Assembly (NCBI GenBank): GCA_964291625.2
Contig: OZ220089.1
Coordinates: 1,856,001 to 1,920,000, forward strand
Direction of reading: 5' to 3'
DNA length: 64,000 nt
Source of the DNA: Candidatus Latescibacterota bacterium
Lineage (GTDB): Bacteria > Latescibacterota > UBA2968 > UBA8231
This document shows, piece by piece, positions 57,857-64,000 of this stretch. The position numbers were made by a program, and so were the translations under genes. The notes below the pieces were generated by a model. The model worked only from the letters and a program-made list of their open reading frames with translations. It was not told where the DNA came from and searched no databases. Numbering within the stretch: position 1 is the stretch's first letter; each line of letters opens with the position of its first letter.

Positions 57857-58935
57857 TGGCCCGACCCGTGAGACTGGGATTCATCGGCGTGGGGTTCATC
57901 ACCCAGCGCGCCCACCTGCCCGCACTGCAGCCCCTGGTGGAGGCGGGCCAGGCGGAGTTCACCGCCTTCTGCGACCTCGACGAGGAGACCGGGAAGGAGC
58001 AGGCCGCCGCCTTCGGCGCCAAGGCGGTCTACACCGATCACGAACGCATGCTGGAGCGCGAGTCCCTCGACGCCGTGTACGTCAACCTGCCGCCGACCCT
58101 GCACACCGACCAGGTGCGCCTCGCCGCCGAGCGCGGCCTCCACCTCTTCGTGGAGAAGCCGGTGAGCCTCGACATGGCCCAGGCCGTGGGGTTCGCCGCC
58201 GCCATCGAGAAGGCCGGTGTCGTCTCCCAGGTCGGCTTCAACAGCCGCTACTGCCCCTCTTCCGCGGTCGTCGGGGAGCGCCTGGCCGCGCGCACCACGC
58301 GCCACGCCCAGGTGCAACTGCTCTACAGCGGCAGCCCGATCCGCTGGTGGACCAGCCGCTACGAGGAGTGCGGCGGCTCCTTCGTGGAGAACACCATCCA
58401 CATGGTCGACCTCGTGCGCTACTGGCTCGGCGACATCGCCCAGGTCTCCGCCTTCTACCACTGGCGGGAGCCCGGGGTGGGCCCCGAGCCGATGAACCTG
58501 CCCCACGCCTACGACGTGAACTACCGCTTCGACTCCGGGGTCACGGGCAGCTTCACCACCTCCCGGGTGCTCACCAACGTGCAGGTGGGGCGCCGCGAGG
58601 TGCTGGTCGTCTGCGACGACGCCCTGATCGAGTGGTCGGCGGCGAAGGTGGTGGAGAACGGCGAGACGGTGTGGGAAAAGGAGGCCGAAGGGCGGGCCTC
58701 CTTCGCCCTGCAGGCCGAGGCCTTCGTCGCCGCGGTGCGGGCGGCGGACCCGGCGGCAACCCTCAGCCCCTACGGTCCGAGCCTGAACAGCCTGGCCGCG
58801 GTTCTGGGCGCCAACGCCTCGGCCGAGCGCGACGGGGAGCGCCTGGCGCTGGAGGACGTGGTGTCAGGGGCCGTGGCCTGGAACCCGCGCTTTGCGGCGG
58901 CCCACGGCGTGCCGGCGCTGGATGGGTGCTGCTAA
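57856..58935 (+). CDS. Gfo/Idh/MocA-family oxidoreductase
   Basis: LGFIGVG, HLFVEKP, VGFNSRY and ENTIHMVD. Confidence 0.9.
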   Translation: MARPVRLGFIGVGFITQRAHLPALQPLVEAGQAEFTAFCDLDEETGKEQAAAFGAKAVYTDHERMLERESLDAVYVNLPPTLHTDQVRLAAERGLHLFVEKPVSLDMAQAVGFAAAIEKAGVVSQVGFNSRYCPSSAVVGERLAARTTRHAQVQLLYSGSPIRWWTSRYEECGGSFVENTIHMVDLVRYWLGDIAQVSAFYHWREPGVGPEPMNLPHAYDVNYRFDSGVTGSFTTSRVLTNVQVGRREVLVVCDDALIEWSAAKVVENGETVWEKEAEGRASFALQAEAFVAAVRAADPAATLSPYGPSLNSLAAVLGANASAERDGERLALEDVVSGAVAWNPRFAAAHGVPALDGCC

Positions 58936-59276
58936 CGTTGGCAAGAACAATGTGCGCCTCAGCCGCGGAGTTCACGCGGGGGAAGGCCAGGCAGGTACAA
59001 CTGCTGGGGCGGGAGTCTACCGGAGGACTCGGAGAATCAGAACGATGACGGAGACCTGCAACGCAGTCTGTCCCAATGCAAATAGAAACAATGCCTTGTA
59101 TAGATCGGCCTTGGTGGCGAGGTGCTGATAGGCGCCCTCCATGCGGGCAAGGCGCTCTGTGGCTGGGATATCGTCGGTTACGGTGGTCACGGGATTGCCT
59201 CCGGTCGGGCGGTTACAGAAGCAACTGCCTTTCTACTATACGGCTGGCCCTTGCAGGCCACAAGGCCACCATTCCT

Positions 59277-60140
59277 TTAGCTGCCGCGCAGCTTCTGTGT
59301 CGCCTTCCGTAGTTCAGCCATCACTTCCTTCGGCAATTTGATATTGTCCACGGCCCAATCGGCCAATTCAGCCGCCTCGGCGGTACTATGCGACTTGGCC
59401 TTGCCGACAAGACCAAGAATACGCGTATACAACGGCGACACCTGATGTCTATCCCATACGAAAGACAATCCCGAAACTTCAGAGTCTGGAGCAAAGGAGC
59501 GGTTCAGAAAAACGACAGCTTCGTACACCGAGAGATCCTTCCCCACTCCAGAAGCCGTCCAGAGACGTTCAAAAGGCCCTTTGCGAGGTTGATACTTGGG
59601 AAATCGCTCCAGCATTTCTCTGACGGTCTGAGGGCTCCCTGGTTTCCCGGTAGGCTTTCCGAAAAAAGGAAATGCGTCCAGCGGAAAGGCTACTCGCCTG
59701 AGCGCAAAGATCAGCTGATCCAGATGGATTAAGTCTTCGCCCCGGAGGGAAGTTCCGAACACGTTGTACCTCGTGTCAGGATCGGTGTAGACTCGAATCC
59801 TCTCCAGAAACGCAAGAGGAGTTTCTGCTTGCCAGGAATCCCCCGACTGAAACTCCAACCAACAGGGCTGATCCAGTTTCTCGGGCAGGAGGTCCGAAGC
59901 GTAGACAGTTACCTTCCTATAGAGCTCAACGAGGTTATGGCCGTCTCTTGCCGCCGAGTGCCCATTCAACAGTAGAGATGCCTTGAGCAGCTTCTCAACT
60001 GCCTGACCAGCCAGCCAGAAGAAGCCATTGTCCATCTGCATACGATGAGCTATCCGAGCAAGGGCATAGTCCGCAGTATCCACGAATAGGCGGGAAACCA
60101 GATCGTTCTTCAGGACTTCCAAGCGCTCATTGGAACCCAT
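59277..60140 (-). CDS. HEPN-domain protein (solitary)
   Basis: FFWLAGQAVEKLLKASLL...GHNLVELY...TRY, the HEPN pattern. Visibly lower GC than the flanks. Confidence 0.7.
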   Translation of the reverse strand: MGSNERLEVLKNDLVSRLFVDTADYALARIAHRMQMDNGFFWLAGQAVEKLLKASLLLNGHSAARDGHNLVELYRKVTVYASDLLPEKLDQPCWLEFQSGDSWQAETPLAFLERIRVYTDPDTRYNVFGTSLRGEDLIHLDQLIFALRRVAFPLDAFPFFGKPTGKPGSPQTVREMLERFPKYQPRKGPFERLWTASGVGKDLSVYEAVVFLNRSFAPDSEVSGLSFVWDRHQVSPLYTRILGLVGKAKSHSTAEAAELADWAVDNIKLPKEVMAELRKATQKLRGS

Positions 60141-60211
60141 TGATTCCGCTCTCTCCCTGACCCATCCAAAGATGCGATTCGGAGCCGCGCCGCCCCCCAA
60201 GAGGCCGCGCC

Positions 60212-60288
60212 TCGATCACCGTGCGCACTTGGCGCACGCCGACACACGCGGCGATAGACGCCGAGTGCTGGCCGGCCATGCCGAATGC
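60212..60288 (-). pseudogene. Decayed duplicate of an internal 3' segment of the phosphodiesterase gene
   Basis: 24-bp exact match 60262-60285 = 60731-60754. Translates AFGMAGQHSASIAACVGVRQVR versus AFGMAGQHSTFIAAGAGVR...QVR in the gene. Confidence 0.8.
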
Positions 60289-60302
60289 ACAGGGTCTCTC
60301 GT

Positions 60303-60347
60303 ACACAAAGCGATGCCCCCGACCCGGTGACCAGGGTCGGGGGCATC
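60303..60347 (-). terminator. Rho-independent terminator
   Basis: Perfect 14-bp stem GATGCCCCCGACCC / GGGTCGGGGGCATC with an 8-nt loop, followed by GCTTTGTGT on the minus strand. Confidence 0.75.
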
Positions 60348-60465
60348 TGCCGCACTATGTGGGGGCGAGGAGGCTACCACCTCCTGCCCCCGGGGGGCAG
60401 CCTGTAAGTCTCCATCCCAACCATGAACACCCGATGGACCGTGGCTGCTCCTCCAAATCCAGCTT
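60303..60465 (-). ncRNA. Putative ~160-nt structured small RNA or leader
   Basis: Lies between a promoter and a terminator; internal hairpins CTGCCCC..GGGGCAG and AGGAGG-TGGTAG-CCTCCT. Confidence 0.45.
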
Positions 60466-60470
60466 TGGTG

Positions 60471-60498
60471 AGAGTACAGGCTGCACAAGTACTGTCAA
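60471..60498 (-). promoter_or_regulatory. Sigma70-like promoter
   Basis: TTGACA-N16-TACTCT, the same spacing as the TPP-operon promoter. Confidence 0.6.
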
Positions 60499-60553
60499 CC
60501 CCTGCGATGTCACCCATCCCGGGTCAGCCCCCGACCCCCTGAAGCCGCCGCCA

Positions 60554-62461
60554 TCACCCCGCCCGGTGCAGGTCCGGGTCCCTCACCGCCTCGTAGATCA
60601 CCCCGCCCTCGACGTTGCGCGGCATCGGCGCCCCGGTGAGGTAGCAGATCGTGGGGGCCACGTCGATGACGCGCACTTGGCGCTGCAGTTGGCCTGAGGC
60701 GCGCACGCCGGCGCCGGCGGCGATGAAGGTCGAGTGCTGGCCGGCCATGCCGAAGGCGACCGAGGGCAGCTGCTTGCCGTGGGCGCCGTCGAACTCCGGG
60801 CGCAGGGCGTAGACCACGTCGCCCACCCGGTCCGACCACAGGTTCACCATCTCCGCGTCCTCCCGGGTCAGGGCGAGGGCGAAGGGACGCCGGCCCGTCT
60901 CGGGGTCCTCGTAGTCGTGGAGGGCCTGGATGATCTCGCGGCAGGTGGCGTCGTAGTCCCCGGGATCGACGATGCCGCCGGGCTCCCGCCCCTTCAGGTT
61001 CACGAAGATGTGCACCAGGCCCACGTCGGCCGCCCGGGTGCGCGTCCAGTCGACGCGGCGGTTGGGGCCGCGGCCCTCGTATTTCAAGAACCCCGCCTGT
61101 TCCAGCACCTTCGCCACGTTGACCACCGTGTGCTGCTGCGAGGTGCCGCCGTGGTCGGAGACCACGAAGAAGGCGGTGTCGTCGCCGGCCAGGCGGCGCA
61201 GGCGGCCGATCCAGCGGTCGATGGAGGCGTAGGTGCGCTCCACCCCCTCGCGGCAGCGCCGCTGCACCGACGGCGGCGCCCCGGAGTGGGGATCGGCAGC
61301 GCGCAGGAAGAAGTGGCTGGTGTAGTCGGAGGCGTGGGTCTCCGTCATCAGCAGGTCCCAGTCGCGGGAGCCGGCGAGGTACCCGGCCACGTCCGCCAGG
61401 CGCTCGTGGTGGAACTCCAGCAGCTCGAAGTAGGTGTCGTCGTCGATCAGGCCGAGGGCGTCGCGGGCCGGGTTCTGCAGGAAGTTGCCCACGTGGCGGT
61501 CGATCTCGCGGGCCACGGAGGCCGGCTTCGTGTAGCCGTCGGGGGGCCAGATCTGGGGGATGAAGAGCTCGAAGGCGTCGGCCCGCGCCGACAGGGTGAT
61601 CAGCTTGGCGCGCACGTATCCCCGCACCTTGCGGCCGTCGATCTCGAAGCGGTCCAGCCACCAGTCGCTCCACTCGCCCACGCCGAGGTCGGCCAGGGGC
61701 CGGCCCGCGTTCTTCGAGCGGCAGATCCGCACCCGGTCGTAGCCGCCCCCGCCGCTGGCGTAGATCAGGGCGTGCAGCTGCATCGGCGTCCCCTCCCGGC
61801 CCCGATTCATCTCCTCGCGGCCCCGGGCCAGGGGCTGGATGGTGAGGGCCGCCTCCTTCGGCATCCGCTTCGAGGCGGGCAGTCCCATCCAGCCGCGGGC
61901 CTCTTCCAGGGTCACGGGATCGAACTCGCGCACCCCCTGCAGGGCGCTCGGGTCCAGGGTCTCCGGGTCGCGCTGCGCCTCCAGCCGCCGCGGCGCCCAC
62001 TTGCCCCCGACGAACAGGTGGTAGCCGGCCACCTGGTGGTGGTTGGAGACGCCGGGGCCGGTGCCCTCCACCTGCACCCCCGAGCGCACCGTGGGCGGCC
62101 ACGACATCTCCCACTTCACCAGGATCGGCTTCTTGCCGCCGCGCTCGAAGGCGTTCCAGATGTACTCCGAGCGCGACAGGGAGGTGTCGATCCCCCAGAG
62201 GGTGCGGTCCAGGCCCTCGCCCACGTGGCGGATGTTGAAGTCCATCACGCCGTGGGTACCCGGCCACGATCCCGTGGACAGGGCCGTCCAGCCCGGCGGC
62301 GTGAGGGTTGGGAAGACGCCGACCATGGGTCGCCAGACGCCCGCATTCATCAGGGCGCGCACGTTCGGCATGTGGCCGGCCTCGGCCATGTTCCTCACCA
62401 GCTCCATGCTGGCGCCGTCCATGCCGGCGACGATGGCGCGCCGGGCGGGTGTCGCACTCAT
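60554..62461 (-). CDS. Alkaline phosphatase superfamily / type I phosphodiesterase-nucleotide pyrophosphatase
   Basis: GMDGA, PTLTPPGWTALSTGSWPGTHG, VVSDHG and DVAPTI. Confidence 0.9.
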   Translation of the reverse strand: MSATPARRAIVAGMDGASMELVRNMAEAGHMPNVRALMNAGVWRPMVGVFPTLTPPGWTALSTGSWPGTHGVMDFNIRHVGEGLDRTLWGIDTSLSRSEYIWNAFERGGKKPILVKWEMSWPPTVRSGVQVEGTGPGVSNHHQVAGYHLFVGGKWAPRRLEAQRDPETLDPSALQGVREFDPVTLEEARGWMGLPASKRMPKEAALTIQPLARGREEMNRGREGTPMQLHALIYASGGGGYDRVRICRSKNAGRPLADLGVGEWSDWWLDRFEIDGRKVRGYVRAKLITLSARADAFELFIPQIWPPDGYTKPASVAREIDRHVGNFLQNPARDALGLIDDDTYFELLEFHHERLADVAGYLAGSRDWDLLMTETHASDYTSHFFLRAADPHSGAPPSVQRRCREGVERTYASIDRWIGRLRRLAGDDTAFFVVSDHGGTSQQHTVVNVAKVLEQAGFLKYEGRGPNRRVDWTRTRAADVGLVHIFVNLKGREPGGIVDPGDYDATCREIIQALHDYEDPETGRRPFALALTREDAEMVNLWSDRVGDVVYALRPEFDGAHGKQLPSVAFGMAGQHSTFIAAGAGVRASGQLQRQVRVIDVAPTICYLTGAPMPRNVEGGVIYEAVRDPDLHRAG

Positions 62462-63694
62462 GGGGTCTCTCCCTGGTTGGAGTGGAACGCGGCGCCGCGG
62501 CCGGTTTCGGCCGTGCAGCGCGCGGCGGAGCGAGTGGAACTCCCTATGGAAGACGCGGGATGACTTCCTTCGCCATCAGTTCCATCGAGCGCTTCATCTT
62601 CGCCTTGTCGTCCCAGTCGTGGCCGATCATCAGCACCGTGCCGAAGCCGCCCGTCACGTCGTACAGCTCCTGCAGGCGCTCGGTCACGGTGTCGGGACTG
62701 CCGACGATGGCGATCTCGTCGATGAAGTACTCGCGCGTGAGGTCCGCGTCGGACATACCCGGGTCCCTCTTCGGCAGGTCCAGCATGTTGGCGATCTCGA
62801 GCATGCCCCGAAGGTAGACCAGCGAGTCGGCGAAGGCGCCGCCGAGGGCGTGTTCCCGTGCCTCGGCATCGGTCTCACCGACGCAGATGCTGCGCGAGAT
62901 CCGCCAGTCGCGCCGGTCCGGTTCGGGCCGGCCCCCTTCCGCGGCCCCCTCGCAGTAGATCTCCCAGTGCCGCTTCACCTTGTGGAAGGGCGCCATGTTG
63001 ATGCTGATCGGCAGGAACCCGCGGCGGCCGCCCGTGGTGGCCGCCATCGACTCCTCCTTGACGATGCTCATGGCGATCGGCGGATGGGGCTTCTGGTACG
63101 GCTTCAGCACCTCCCCCAACCCGAGCTCGGGGACCCTCTCCGCCATCGTCACGTTCCAGTAGTCCCCCTTGAACTCGAAGGGACCGTCTTCCGTCCACAG
63201 CTTCAGGACGATGTCCATCGCCTCCAGGTTCATCAGACCCTGGGTGCGCGGGTCCGGCAGATCGAAGAGCGGCCAGTCGGTCGGCACGCCCCCCTGCCCG
63301 AAGCCGACGTTGATGCGTCCCTTGGACAGGTGATCGAGATAGGCGAGGCGGACCGCCACGTTCGCCGGGTGATGCTGGGTCATGATGGTGACCCCGGTGC
63401 CCAGCCGGATCCTCTCCGTCTGCGGCAGGACGTGGGCGATGAACACGTCGTTGGCTGGGATCGGCTCCCACAGGGCGGTGTGGTGCTGCCCGATCCAGGC
63501 TTCGGTGAAGCCCAGCTCCTCGGCCCACAGCACGCACTCCACGTCCTCATCGAAGGTCTGGGTGCGATCCTTCTGCGGCGGATGCAACGGCATCATGAAC
63601 TTTCCGACTTTCATTCTTCATCCTCCCTGACAGTTGAATCCATGCCGGCGCCGATGGCGAGCCGGGCGGGTGCCGCACTCATGGGGTCTCTCCC
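62418..63694. repeat. 56-bp direct repeat (62418-62473 and 63639-63694) flanking the LLM gene
   Basis: 53/56 identical; covers the RBS and first 14 codons of the phosphodiesterase gene. Confidence 0.92.
62544..63614 (-). CDS. LLM-class flavin-dependent monooxygenase
   Basis: FMMPLHPP, GFTEAWIGQHH, IRLGTGV, KPYQKPHPPIA and IVGSPDTV. Confidence 0.93.
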   Translation of the reverse strand: MKVGKFMMPLHPPQKDRTQTFDEDVECVLWAEELGFTEAWIGQHHTALWEPIPANDVFIAHVLPQTERIRLGTGVTIMTQHHPANVAVRLAYLDHLSKGRINVGFGQGGVPTDWPLFDLPDPRTQGLMNLEAMDIVLKLWTEDGPFEFKGDYWNVTMAERVPELGLGEVLKPYQKPHPPIAMSIVKEESMAATTGGRRGFLPISINMAPFHKVKRHWEIYCEGAAEGGRPEPDRRDWRISRSICVGETDAEAREHALGGAFADSLVYLRGMLEIANMLDLPKRDPGMSDADLTREYFIDEIAIVGSPDTVTERLQELYDVTGGFGTVLMIGHDWDDKAKMKRSMELMAKEVIPRLP

Positions 63695-64000
63695 GGGCGG
63701 GCTTCAAGAAGGCTCGACGGCGAGACCGCAGGCGCCCCGGCATCGCCCCAGAAGGCGCCCACCTGCTCGCGGATCGCCTCGTCGCTGCGGGTGACCCGCG
63801 GCGTGCCCCAGGACGGCGGGTACAGCTCCCGGTAGTCGGCCCGCGAGAACCGCCGGTCGACGAGCAGCAGCAGCCCGCGGTCGGTGTCGGAACGGATGAC
63901 GCGGCCGGCGGCCTGGAGCACGCGGTTCATCCCCGGGTAGGCGTAGCCGTAGGCGTAGCCGTAGGCGAAGCCGTAGGCGAAGCCGGCGTCCTCCTCCTCG
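63679..64000 (-). CDS. DinG/XPD-family ATP-dependent DNA helicase, C-terminal part only
   Basis: YPGMNRVLQAAGRVIRSDTDRGLLLLVDRRF (helicase C2 motif VI region). Confidence 0.88.
   Translation of the reverse strand, partial: EEEDAGFAYGFAYGYAYGYAYPGMNRVLQAAGRVIRSDTDRGLLLLVDRRFSRADYRELYPPSWGTPRVTRSDEAIREQVGAFWGDAGAPAVSPSSLLEARPGETP
63937..63984. repeat. 4 x 12-bp coding tandem repeat (GFAY GFAY GYAY GYAY)
   Basis: GTAGGCGTAGCC twice, then GTAGGCGAAGCC twice. Confidence 0.9.

Overview
High-GC, gene-dense bacterial DNA from a diderm heterotroph. It encodes two TonB-dependent receptors and many sugar-acid and amino-acid catabolic oxidoreductases, which would fit an FCB-superphylum organism such as Latescibacterota or Gemmatimonadota (inference only). 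There are about 55 CDS, including proA (partial), htpG, ddl, a TPP-riboswitch-controlled TonB receptor + thiN operon, an rmlD/GT2 cluster, a DUF433/PIN (VapBC45-like) toxin-antitoxin pair, a solitary HEPN gene and a partial DinG/XPD-family helicase. I found no rRNA, tRNA, CRISPR array, integrase or transposase. The standout feature is a tandem array (44.3-51.7 kb) of four paralogous ~530-560 aa proteins. Each has a TonB/TolA-type SxxxH membrane anchor, a Pro/Glu-rich linker, a LolA-like region and a C-terminal region with length-variable hypervariable loops, and each ends on the same 12-mer that also lies in the 3' end of the intervening HAD gene. A second theme is that accessory genes (LLM, HEPN, the TA pair) are flanked by duplicated or decayed ends of neighbouring genes. 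A promoter-structured RNA-terminator unit sits upstream of the HEPN gene. Several single-base frameshifts may be assembly errors. All family assignments come from motif recognition by eye, not database searches.
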